Positions 21,566 through 33,107 of a stretch of 64,000 nucleotides of DNA are shown piece after piece. The position numbers and the translations under genes are program-made. This DNA is from Rhizophagus irregularis (lineage: Eukaryota): contig NC_089429.1 in NCBI RefSeq assembly GCF_026210795.1, forward strand, positions 2,046,001 through 2,110,000. Direction: 5' to 3'. The notes beneath the pieces were generated by a model. The model searched no databases. It was not told the origin of the DNA and saw only the letters and a program-made list of their open reading frames with translations. Positions within the stretch are counted from its first letter, which is position 1, and every line of letters begins with the position of its first letter.

Positions 21566-22060
21566 ATGCAAAACACCGACGGATTAGGTAGACAAGACGA
21601 CGAAAGTTTCCACACGTGGGCTAAGCGCATTCAGAATGCTGTGCAATATTATGAGACTTGTAGTAGAATAGGTTTTCATAGGCGGCTACCTTATCCAAGG
21701 TCTCGTCAAGCTGTATATGCTTATATTGTGCACATTAGGAGAATAGTATCACGACTACCAAATAGGTGGTACTGTACCTACTGTAAATCTTTTATTGATC
21801 GCGGATGGGGAGCCGACGCTTCCATGGATCAAGCGGTACGACTACATTTATATAGTTGCCCGAAGCATTTTAATTTCGACTATTATACTCATTATGCTGA
21901 AATGATCCAGAATGCCTTTAGGAGATATATAGAAAGAAGGAACAATAAAGCGGCTAGGATCATCCAGAAAGTCGCTATCCCCTGGTTATATAGACCAGGC
22001 TCTCCATTGATGCAAAAGGCCGAGCAACGCTTCTACTGCCTTGCAGTATCCCAAGTGTAA
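21566..22060 (+). CDS. Hypothetical protein with zinc-finger-like and IQ-like motifs
   Basis: WYCTYC..HLYSC; AKRIQNAVQYY, AEMIQNAFRRY, ARIIQKV; first ATG at 21566 within ORF 21524-22060. Confidence 0.6.
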   Translation: MQNTDGLGRQDDESFHTWAKRIQNAVQYYETCSRIGFHRRLPYPRSRQAVYAYIVHIRRIVSRLPNRWYCTYCKSFIDRGWGADASMDQAVRLHLYSCPKHFNFDYYTHYAEMIQNAFRRYIERRNNKAARIIQKVAIPWLYRPGSPLMQKAEQRFYCLAVSQV

Positions 22061-22141
22061 ACCCGAGGTTCATATTTATTTTTTCTCATTCGAATGAACA
22101 GGTAACTGAAGATTTATATTTTTTACAAAGTACAAAGAATC

Positions 22142-22612
22142 ATGTCAACATATACCGAATTCGCAAGCATTGTTAACAGCACTGACAGCACTAGTGAGGA
22201 GGTTATTTATGAGGCATCGCGCATTCAGCCTAATGTTGTCTCTGACGAAACTGTCTCCAAGATTATCCGCGCATTAAAAGATACTATAGTAGTCGCATTA
22301 GTATCTGGATTTAGCAAAACCAGTTACCTCGTCCATGATCACGTGAAGTATATCAAGCGAATCCAAACGGCAAATTCTCCTGTATCATATGTGAAGTTCG
22401 TGGCCAGAAAACTCTTCCCAGATAATGCGGCATATACTGCTAAGATAGCAAAAATCCGCGAATCATACAAGAATAAACAAGCTCTCCTAGATAAGCTTGA
22501 GGCCCTCTTCGAATTGTATTATAATGCGACTAAGGACTCATCAACCGGTTCCCCAAAGCGAGCTATTACTAAAAACGAGGCTGAGAAAACCTTAGCAGAA
22601 CTTCTTGCATAA
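22142..22612 (+). CDS. Hypothetical protein
   Basis: 156-aa ORF with upstream AACTGAAGAT motif and downstream TATTTTTT like neighbouring genes. Confidence 0.65.
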   Translation: MSTYTEFASIVNSTDSTSEEVIYEASRIQPNVVSDETVSKIIRALKDTIVVALVSGFSKTSYLVHDHVKYIKRIQTANSPVSYVKFVARKLFPDNAAYTAKIAKIRESYKNKQALLDKLEALFELYYNATKDSSTGSPKRAITKNEAEKTLAELLA

Positions 22613-22721
22613 GCGGCTCCTGTGGTCCTACGATCCTGTACGAATTTAGTCTATATTTTTTATCCATGTGTAATAGGCATACAGTAATTGAAGATAGCTA
22701 TAGTATAAGTAACATAACATC

Positions 22722-23069
22722 ATGTTGGACCGATTACCAGTAGAAATAGTCGAACGCATTGTCGCAAATATCCCGGATACTGACCTTATTGCAGCGAGTA
22801 AGGTAGATAGAGTGTGGTGGCAGGAAGTTCGTCGAGAGACATATAAGAGGTGGAAAAATTATGCCACTATGATCGGGGATGTGTACTGTGAAATCCGAGC
22901 TCTCGGAAAGCATTATATAAAGAGGGAAATTGACTGGATAACGTTTGAAGATGTAAACGACCTCTATAAAAGATGGATAAACCGCCTTACCGAGGATCAG
23001 CTTTATATTATGGAGAAAATGCTTAGGAATGGGATGGTCGATGGACCCCCCAAGAGAGGGAAACCATAG
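22722..23069 (+). CDS. F-box protein (C-terminus possibly frameshifted)
   Basis: N-terminal LDRLPVEIVERIVANIPDTDLIAASKVDRVW fits the F-box consensus. Confidence 0.75.
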   Translation: MLDRLPVEIVERIVANIPDTDLIAASKVDRVWWQEVRRETYKRWKNYATMIGDVYCEIRALGKHYIKREIDWITFEDVNDLYKRWINRLTEDQLYIMEKMLRNGMVDGPPKRGKP

Positions 23070-23463
23070 AGTATGCATTAAGTGAACAAAGATGGGGAGG
23101 CGATCCTTGGGGACTGGGAGTGGTATGAATGGACTCAACAGGAGTAAGCATTTTGTACTTGACTTTCGTAGGAATTACCCTGCAGAGTCATATTTTTTAG
23201 ATCCGGCCGGCATTACCGCGTAATCCCGAATTACCGAAAAAGGAAATTTATGTTACACAAGGTTCCAAACGCATTCTTACCAAATCGATTTTTTGTGGAA
23301 CGGGTATCGCCCAAAAAGGAAATGATCTACATACCGCATGAAGTCACGTGACACCAATGTTGTGAGACCCTGAACTCGGTTCAGGTACTCAATTTTATGC
23401 ATATATATAATTCCACAGTTTTTCCATGAATGTATTCTAGGCCAATAATCCAATAACTTATTT

Positions 23464-23550
23464 ATCAGGTATCCTCGTATTTCTCGACAAGGACTGATGA
23501 CCATGTAACCTTATCATCAGGCATCCTCGCATTTTTTGACAAGGACTGAT
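23464..23550 (+). repeat. 52-bp tandem repeat of the element; second unit is the LINE target
   Basis: ATCAGGTATCCTCGTATTTCTCGACAAGGACTGATGACCATGT then ATCAGGCATCCTCGCATTTTTTGACAAGGACTGAT, continued by GACGATGT at 31725. Confidence 0.8.
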
Positions 23551-23653
23551 AAGGACTGATACCGCTGATCTATTAACCAAAAATTTTCAGAAAGAAAATT
23601 TTATATCTTCGTACTAACAACTCTTATATTTTACCCAACTCATACCTTCTAAC

Positions 23654-25786
23654 ATGTCTAGAAACCTTGCTAGAAGAGGTGGCGGCAGCTATAACCCTAA
23701 CAGTAATAAGGCTGCTCGTCAAGAAAAGAAAAATAACAAAAAACAACTCTCTGACAACTCTGGTTCCGATAGTAATAACACTTCCCAAAAACGTTCCCGT
23801 ACTATTACAAAAGACTCCATGGATGAAGACTATGAAGATTTCGTTGCCGACGCGCTGGCTGATGGTGGTTTAGTTGGTTCAACTTCGACCGCTATTCCTC
23901 AACAAAATAATTCCCGCAGCACCGCCCAAGAAAATACTCAAGCATCTACCCCGAATAATTCTGCTGCGCCTTCTGCGCCTGGCCAAGACGCGTCCTCTGG
24001 AACTAACGCGTCAATTCATGCACCTCGAAACAAAGAAAATAACTCATCCCCTAACGCGTCCCCTAATATGGACGAGACTGATGGTACATCACCCGATCAG
24101 GCTGTTGATCCCTCCCCTACTATTACCATTAATCGTCAAGATTTCCTGGCTGCGGCTGCGCCCAACTCCGCTCCCCAAACTCTAGAGAAACTTAAAACTA
24201 ATAAGGCAATTATAGATGCCGTTAACAATTTATTTTTAGAAACTTACGAATCATATACCGGTCGGGCTCGTATGACTGGTTCAGGGGACGCTAAGCGTCT
24301 CATCATACATTTTCATACTGCGGAGGCTCGTGATTTGTGTGTTGGAAGCACACACTCCGACTTTCCGGACCTACAATTCCACCTGTACGATCCCAAACAG
24401 CTCCGGTCCGATGAAGACCTCCGTGCAATTCAAGTCACGGATATACCGTTCTTCATTACTAAACCGCAACTCCAATCCTACTTCAAGAAATTCGGCAATC
24501 TCCTTGCTCTTCATCTCTACTCAAGGAAAGGTGCTAAGATGCAACAAGCTCGCATTGTCTATGATCATGCCGATGCCATCTCCCGTTTCACAACTCAATG
24601 GGCAGTTTACTGCTTTTCCACCTGCTTACGTGTTACCTCATGTCATTACTCTTTGGATCAAAAAGCTGCTCGTAGAGCGTTCGTAGCTGTTCTCTCTGGA
24701 CTTCCCGCTAATACCAAAGATATCCATCTCGCTCCTTTGGTCAAAGAACATGGAGCAAAAGCTATTAACATTCCCCTTTCCCTCAATTCTTATAAACCCA
24801 AGCCTTGGGCTTATGTTACCTTCAACTCGCAAGAGACAATGGATGCCGCTATGGAGCAGACTATTGGTTTCCAAGGTCGTACTCTTCGATGGGGAACATC
24901 CAATGATTCGAAAGCTCTTTGTCACCGTTGTGGTAAACTCGGTTGTGCTCCTACTTCCTGTCCACTTAATCAACGCCGTGGTCGTTCACGTACACGTGAC
25001 CCTGTAGCTGCTCTTAAAGAACGCTTCAACATTGGCCAAAGGCCCGCCCAATAAAGAATGCTGCGCAATAATTCTCGTTCTCGATCTCGATCTAAATCTC
25101 GGGATCGTTCTGCCTCAGCTCATCGTTCTAATTCCAACTCCACTAGATCTAATAATAATAATTCCAATATCAATGCTAAGCCCTCCTCCTCCTCTGGCTC
25201 AACTAACTCCTCCTCAACTGCTCATGGACGTACACCTTCCAACAACCGTAAAGGCAAAGATAGATCTGTTTCCTTTTCGTCCAATGCTCGTGCTCTGCTC
25301 CCCGATCCAAATTCTTCTAGTGCCCTTGAGGCTGCTCTCAACATTCTCAATGTTTTGAAGGACCTTCAGCTAGATGTTGCTCGTGTGGAATCCCGCATCT
25401 CATCCCTTGAACTTAACAACCAACGGCTCTCTGCTATAGAAGCCCATTTAGGCATTAATCCTCCCTCTGCACCTGTCGTTATTACTGAACCTGATCGAAT
25501 GGAAGAAGACCCTCCTGAAACCACTGGCACCTTAATCCAGCATCCCAATGCTCCTTTATCTGCTGGTTCAATGAAATCCTCTTCCCCTACATCTACATCC
25601 AACAAAGCCCCACACTCTGCTTCTGCATCCACTTCTAACCCTTCCCCGCAAGACGAATTGAACTCCATTATTCAAGATCAAAAAGCGATTAAAGATACTT
25701 TACAATCGCTCACTGGTTCCATCCAAGGTTTTATTGCTTCTCTTGGTGGTTTTCCCTCCGATCGAGCTTCTGCTCCTTCGCAATAA
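23654..25786 (+). pseudogene. LINE ORF1 with premature stop at 25052-25054
   Basis: ORFs 23654-25054 and 25058-25786 together match 102-2225; CAA to TAA. Confidence 0.9.
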
Positions 25787-25832
25787 CTGATTTCTCACTT
25801 CCTTCTCCCGTACTTATTATCATTGTGTTCTA

Positions 25833-28800
25833 ATGACTGACAATTTTAATTATGATACATTTGTTCGCAACCCACCCAACCCCGTAGATATTTATAATTT
25901 TTCAGAACATGAATCTTTATTCACTACTTTAAATTCTTCTCCTATCCCCAATTCGTTTAATATTTCATCTTTTAATGTTAATGGTCTTCGACATAATAGC
26001 CAAGTTAAAATTGAACAAATTTCAAACTTTTTCAACCTTAAACATATTTCCTTTGGTGGTATCGTAGATACCCATTTATCCCCCAAGCAAATTCACTTTT
26101 TATCTAAACGCCTTCCTAATTATACTGTCTTTTCATCTGACATAGATAAAACTAAACAAGTTAAATCTACTGGTGGCGTTTCCCTTTTTATTGAAAAAAC
26201 CCTTGCTTCTCATGTACAAGATTTTGTTTCACATTCTTCGCGAATTTTATCTGTTGACCTTTATTTTAAAGGCAACGTTAAATTGCGCATTTTTGTTATT
26301 TATATTCCTCCTGTTTCTGATTCTAAATTACGATCAGAAACCATTGACCTTCTTTTACAATTATTAGTGCAAACTAAACAAAAAAATTTTTATCACGTCA
26401 TTTGTGGCGATTTCAATATGCATTTAGATGCCTATTATCCTATTTATTTTAACCGCCCCTCTGTTGCTTCCCAACGAACTTATCGTTTGCTACATCATCT
26501 TTTATCTCATGGATATGAAGAAACTATTCCTGTTAACGCTTCTGATTCCTTAGGCACTTTTCACCGTGACGATCAAGTTACTCGTATTGACTATGTTTGG
26601 TCTTGTCCAATGCTTAAAAGCTTTGCTCTCACCTCCTATATATTTAACGCCCAAGACACCTGCTCTTCCGATCACAATCCCATCATCACTTATTTCGATG
26701 ATTCACTCTTGTTTGCGTCTGTCAAGGTTGCTCGCGCTAAACAACTTCAACGTCGAAATCGCCGCATATTCAAATTGATTCAGTTACTGATCAACAATGG
26801 GAATTTTTCTCTGCTCATACTGACTCTTTATGCGACGTACCGCCATCAACCTTCTCAACATGGCATATTAATCAACAATGCGAATATTTACATTCACGTA
26901 TATTGAAAGCTGCTAATGCTTCCCTTCCATCTGTTACAGTTGGTAATCAGCATACACCCACGATGCCCAAGGATTTGGAAGCCTTAACTCAACATTATCG
27001 TTTCCTCAGCCGTCTTTTGCATTCGATACGTTTATTGCGAAAATATCCTTCTACTTATTATAATAGATATGAACGTACTTGGTCCACCCATTTCATTAGA
27101 CTTCAAAATATTCTACATCTTTATAAGAAGGCTATTCCTTCTCCCCCTACTTTGCCTGTTTCTTTATCCATTTGTAGGCAAGACGATTTTAAATTTCTAT
27201 TAGACTCTTTAAAGATTATTTCTTCCGCCCTTTATGGCCTTCTTCTCCTTAAAGAAAAAGATTTTCAAGATTCTTCCATTCATGCTAAACTGGATGATAG
27301 GGATAACAATTTTGAAACTGACATCTCCTCATTCATTGATTCTGCTCTCTCAAGAACTCGACGTCATATTACCTTGGATCGTGTGTTTATTGACCACCCT
27401 ACACATCCAAAGTTATTGACAGACCCACATGATATTGACGATGCCGTTATCGACCACTTCCAGAATTCCGTTCCTATGAAATCATCACCCCCAGAAAACA
27501 TTTCAGCTCTCCCTGAACGATGGTCTTCTGCTTATCACCCTATGGACAATTTAGATCCCTCTATTTATAATTTTTTATTGGATCCTCCTACTCTTGAAGA
27601 ATGGTTGTCTACGGTCTCTTCTATGCCTAATGACAAAGCTCCTGGTCCTTCTATGATTACTTATGAGATGCTTAAGCATCTGGGTTCAAACGCTTCTGCT
27701 TTGGTTTTAATCCTTGTCCAATCATGTCTTCGCACCGCAGATATTCCTGATTTATGGCGTCAGGCTATGGTCTTTCCTATCCCTAAACCTCACGAATGGA
27801 AATGTCAACTAAAGAATACAAGACCTATTACTCTGCTTGAAGTAATTTGGTCAAACTTTTTTATAATCGTCTCGCTTCCATTTTGGCTTCAAATGAAGTT
27901 CTCAAAGGAGGTAACTTCGCCGGTCTCCCAGGTGGTTCTTGTCGCGACCCTATTGTCGTTCTTGAATCTATTATCCATGATGCTCATGTCAACAAATCAC
28001 CGCTTTGGATCCTTTCGCAAGATATTTCGAAGGCTTTCGACTCAGTTGATCTCAAGATGTTGCGTTTCGCTCTAGAACGCATTAAACTTCCTGCTTCTGC
28101 TATCAAGTTTATTTTATCCCTCTTCATGAAACGCTCTAATCGCATTTTTACTGCTCATGGAACTACTCCTTCTTACCGTGTTCGCATTGGTATAGATCAA
28201 GGCGAAGTTATCTCTCCTTTACTCTGGGTCATATATATAGACCCTTTATTGACTGTTCTCAAAAATGAAATGATGGATCCATATACGCTTCATGCTCCCT
28301 CTTTAATTAATCCTTTGGCTCAGGCTAATTCAGGTGGATTACGAATCAACAATTTGGTCTTCATGGATGACTCTACTCTAATTTCGTCATCCAAATCTGG
28401 AATGGAATCAATGCTCTCTATTACGGAAGAATTTTATCAAATCAATAATACTTCCGCTAATCACAACAAATATGTTTCAATTACTAATTCGTTGCCTCCC
28501 ACTTCAGTTTTATCACCTTCTCCAGTCGTGTTTGACTTGCAATTATCCGGATTGAACAAAGTTCCTTCCATTTCTATTGTGCCTATCTCCATGAATAGCT
28601 CTTTCCGCTTCCTGGGCGTGTGGTTCAATGTCGCTGGTTCTCGTGATTTTGTCGAAGCAAGTTGCTAGAGAATGTAACTCCTTCGCCACTACCGTACGCC
28701 CTGCCAAATTATCTGCTAAACAAATAGTTTATTTACACAACACCGTCCTTATCCCGAAATTGGAATATCGCATGCAAGTCACTCACCTCTCCGAATCTGA

Positions 28801-31441
28801 ATGTGCCTCGGCAACCAGCAGTATCCGTTCCTTGGTTAAACACAAGGCCAACTTTTCACGAGTACTCCCTGATTCTATTTTGTTTTTGTCTCAAGGCTTG
28901 GGATTGATTAATTTATTTTTTCATCAATCACAAACACATTTAACTAATTTATTTTTGTTAGCTAATTCTTCTTCTTCTTTTATGAAAAATTTATTTTTAT
29001 ATAGATTACGTTTAATTCAATTTTCTTTTTTAATTCCTATTTCCCTATTGTTAGTTAAAGATTGGACTATATGGTCTAAACTTTTTGCTTTTAAACAGGA
29101 TTATATCGCTTGCACTATTGCTCTCCTGACCACCACTCCCTTCATGTTGTTGCGTTCACAACTTTCAACTTTGCCTGACCTTACTATGTCTAATGGTCAT
29201 ACACCTTTATATGATGTTATGACTCCAAAAATTTTTATTTCTTACTTCCGACGTCTTAGAAGTTTGCAACTTTATTACCTATCACAATTTATTACGCCTC
29301 AAGGAACCCATATGATTACTTGGAACGTTTATCTATCCAATTTATCGAGCAGGAAAGGTCATCGTGTCCTCCCACACAAATGGTTCAATGACATTCACCA
29401 ATGCGTCACTGTTCCAGGTTCCAACTCTCTCCTTTTGGATCGGTTCTCTTCTGACGCTATTCCTTCCAATATCGACTTGGTTCCCGCCTTTGGTTCCTCT
29501 CGAAAATCCATGAAATGGATCGTAACTTTGGATGATGATGGCTCTCCTCTTTTTGGAAAACAGCTCAGTAAACAGCAATATTCCTGCAAGATTGTCCATT
29601 GGACTTCTGATTGTGTGACTCGACCTAATGATGTTATCACGCTCACTCCTTATCCTGGTTGTTCTAAACATGTACCGGTTACCCATACTAAAAGTAATCT
29701 AACAGATGTTACTCCTTTATGTATCATCCCAAAACTCTCTCCTCTTCGATCTTTACTTCTCCCAACAACGCAGGAGCGTATTAGACATGACACCACCACT
29801 ATCGCTTCTCCTTTTACTTGGGCGGACCTTGACGAGACTGTAAGATCCTATTATGGTCGTTTGGACATTCAACCTAATTTTTCACAAGAAGATGTGGTTA
29901 CTCTCCCCTCTCCTTCTCCTCCTCCCTCTTTGGGTTCGGCTGCCCCTCTTGCTTTTGCTGCCTCACCGTTAGCGACTCCTCCTGATAACCATTATTGTTT
30001 TTATACCGATGGTTCTTTAATTAACCTTGGCACTCCTAATGTTTCTATGGGTTGGTCTTGGGTTCAAGTCCTCGATGGCGCTGGCTTTTTCCAATCTATC
30101 GCTGCTCACGCTCATGGAATTATTCACAATTGGCCTTCTTCTACAAGGGCTGAAATTGCCGCTATACATGCTGCTCTTACAGTTACTCCTCCCTTTTCAA
30201 CGGTCACTATTCATACTGACTCTCAATCTGCCATAGATGGTCTTCGTCTATGTGCTACGTTTTCTTATTCCAATAGTAGGCTTTATTACAAGACCACCAA
30301 TTTTGAACTTTGGGCTATTATTGAACATCTCATTTCATCCAAATCTTTGTCCGTCACAGCCGTTAAAGTGAAAGGTCACTCTGGTAATTTCTACAATGAC
30401 TACGCGGACTCATTAGCCAACTCAGCGCATACTTCCTCTTCAGCAATTCTTCTTTCTGATCTGGATCAAGTATCTCCTCACGATTTCGTATTAAAATATG
30501 ATGACATTTTATGCGAATCTAACCCACGACGCCTATTCAAGCAATATTCACAAATGCTATGGATGCATAGTCTAACGCGTTTATCGCGATTTAACTTTAC
30601 CATTGCTTTATCTTCCATCTCAGACTTCGTAATCGATTGGGATCTTACCTGGTTCACGTTAAATGCTGAACCTCAGCATGATGCTTCTTTTACTTGTGCT
30701 CATGCTTCCTCTCATCGAACCTTCAAATTCAAACTCTTTTTGGAAGATTTACCTACCTTGGAACATCTTAAAAGAATCCGCCCGGACTTGTATATCGACA
30801 TCTTATTATGTCGTTCATGCCTCGACTCCAAGGAAGATTTCATGCACTTATTTATGTGCAAATGTAGACGAATCGCTATGGAACAGATTCTCCTCTCCTA
30901 CCAACATCACTTTATCAACAAACTTCAAGAAGCTGGTGATCTCGTTAAGAAAGATCCCTCTTTAATTATTAACAAATTTAAATCTCTTTCTTGTTGGTCC
31001 TTTTCCTCTTCAAATTGGACTTCATATAGTCTTGTCCGTGGCTGTCTTCCGAAATCCTTTGTCGCATTTTTTGAAGAACTTTCTATTCCACGAAATTCTG
31101 CGATGAAGGTTATCTCTGCTATCCACAATCACTTTATCCAAAAGATCAGAAAACGAATTTGGCTACCGCGCTCCTATGATAAATCTAAATGGGAAGACGC
31201 GATGAATATTACTCATAAACTCAAACTTTCTCGGCCTTCAAATTTGCCAAAGTCCACGTACTTACCTTTCTCAACTTTACCTCCTCCGACCCTTTCCGAC
31301 GCCGCACGTGACTCCGACGTTGATTATTTAAAGAACTCGATGAAATATGGTTTGCCTTGGTTTAATCACTATTCAGGTTTTATGGGTCGTCTAACGGTGC
31401 AACTTACTTACAGCTGTAGCAGGGTGGTGTGTCGATTTTAA
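25833..31441 (+). pseudogene. LINE ORF2 (APE-RT-RNase H) broken by frameshifts near 26772, 27847 and 28654
   Basis: Four overlapping ORFs reconstruct the protein of copy 1; intact RNase H KVKGHSGNFYNDYADSLA. Confidence 0.92.
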
Positions 31442-31793
31442 CAATGGGCGCATTGTTCGTTGGTTTGTTTGCATAGTTGCTTCTTCTTAGGTTGGAATAT
31501 ATCTAGGCGGGGGATCAGGATAGTTTTAGTGTTATGCGATTTTTTCCTTTTCGAATTAATTTTATAGCTTTATTACTGTTTTGGAGACTATATAGTTTTG
31601 TTTTTAGTTAATTTTATTTTTCTTTTTTGTACTTTGAAAATTTTATTTTATTTTTGTAAGTTCGTTAAATAAATTTAATAAAGATAAAGGCTACTATGCC
31701 ATGTTTGCCTTGACAAGGACTGATGACGATGTCACTTGGTTATTGTAAATTGAAGATAACAATTAGGTATGTAGACACGTACAGAAAAAAGAC

Positions 31794-32378
31794 ATGTCAT
31801 ACCCTTATATAACTAATCCTATAACCGGACATCCAATCCGTGTTGGTGGAGATACCTTTAATCGAATAGTTATGGAATCCCATGATTATATCGATGGAAG
31901 GCTTGTCCGTAGACAAACCGCACCGCCTCCACCCCAGGAACAACCTGTATATTTAAATACAGATACAGGACGCTATATTCAACACGGTACTAGAACGTAT
32001 CATAGACTGGTTGAGAGTGACTACGAGGTAGTCGAGGACTACTACCTTGTCCATTATGAAGAAGAGGCACTTATAGAGGAAATCATCAATGAAACACGCT
32101 ATAATGAGGAAAATCTTGATGGCCAGCGGTTAACTTTCAATGATATACAACAAATCAGGGCCGCTATTCAGGCTGACCAAGATGAATATGATGATTTTAT
32201 CTTACAGCAAGATACGACTAACGGGACACCTTCCTCCGGTCCTTCTGGTCATCCACGAACTTTGGAGGACCATGCCCCGAGACTTGCAGAGCTTAATATC
32301 GAGTTGTGTAGGGAATGTCTCATGCCTGTAAGCCCAAGTGACTTAACGGACAAGTTATGCAAGAACTGCGCTTCCTAA
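31794..32378 (+). CDS. NPxTGRxI-repeat / C4 zinc-motif protein (copy B)
   Basis: Near-identical to 8246-8830. Confidence 0.75.
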   Translation: MSYPYITNPITGHPIRVGGDTFNRIVMESHDYIDGRLVRRQTAPPPPQEQPVYLNTDTGRYIQHGTRTYHRLVESDYEVVEDYYLVHYEEEALIEEIINETRYNEENLDGQRLTFNDIQQIRAAIQADQDEYDDFILQQDTTNGTPSSGPSGHPRTLEDHAPRLAELNIELCRECLMPVSPSDLTDKLCKNCAS

Positions 32379-32546
32379 TGGTTAGTCCTCCGGTCCTCCG
32401 GTCCTCCGGTCTTCCGGTCTTTCCAACGGTTGATCCCTTAATGCCAGTTATTTTTTTTTCTACAAATGACAGGTATTTAAAGATAACAATATATAAAAAA
32501 GATTGTGAAGGATACTAAGTGAGCGAATAATCAAAGAAAGATAGCC

Positions 32547-33107
32547 ATGTCAACATCAATCGTAATAAACCAATGTCAGAACTGTGGAGTATTCTCTGCA
32601 AAAGCGGCATATAGAGGATTATCCAGCGTGTTGTATAGACAGATTATAAAGAAGATTGGCGACGAGAGTGAACCTTTACAAGCCTTGGGACTTGCCAGGG
32701 ATAAGTTGGTCCAGATTATTCATCGGGCAAGTAATGCGGATTTTACACAATTATTCATACAAAGACTGGATATGAAAATTATGGACGGAGATTCATACGA
32801 GGATACTAGAAAGTGGCTTCTTGAACAGCTTATAGCCATTGGATGTGACAGTGGGGAAATTGCCTTATATCAGTTCTTACAGAATACATACCCGGATGGT
32901 ATTGACGAACCCTTTACTACATTCTATGAGAACTATGTAAGTCATGTAAGAAATCCGATGACTAAGAACTTTGCTTCTCGAGCCTTAGGAGCTATTGGGT
33001 TAAAAGCTAGGATGCTACGGATTGACTTCGAAGGACGTAAAAAAAGCGCCATGATTCTTAGGGCTTCTGAGGAAGAACTTCGCGAGATTCTTACAAAATA
33101 CTATTGA
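32547..33107 (+). CDS. Winged-helix-like protein (copy B)
   Basis: Near-identical to 8984-9544. Confidence 0.7.
   Translation: MSTSIVINQCQNCGVFSAKAAYRGLSSVLYRQIIKKIGDESEPLQALGLARDKLVQIIHRASNADFTQLFIQRLDMKIMDGDSYEDTRKWLLEQLIAIGCDSGEIALYQFLQNTYPDGIDEPFTTFYENYVSHVRNPMTKNFASRALGAIGLKARMLRIDFEGRKKSAMILRASEEELREILTKYY

Larger units (their letters stand above)
23561..31709 (+). mobile_element. LINE copy 2 nested in element copy B, 15-bp TSD
   Basis: TTGACAAGGACTGAT at 23536-23550 and 31710-31724; extra AAGGACTGAT at 23551-23560. Confidence 0.93.
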
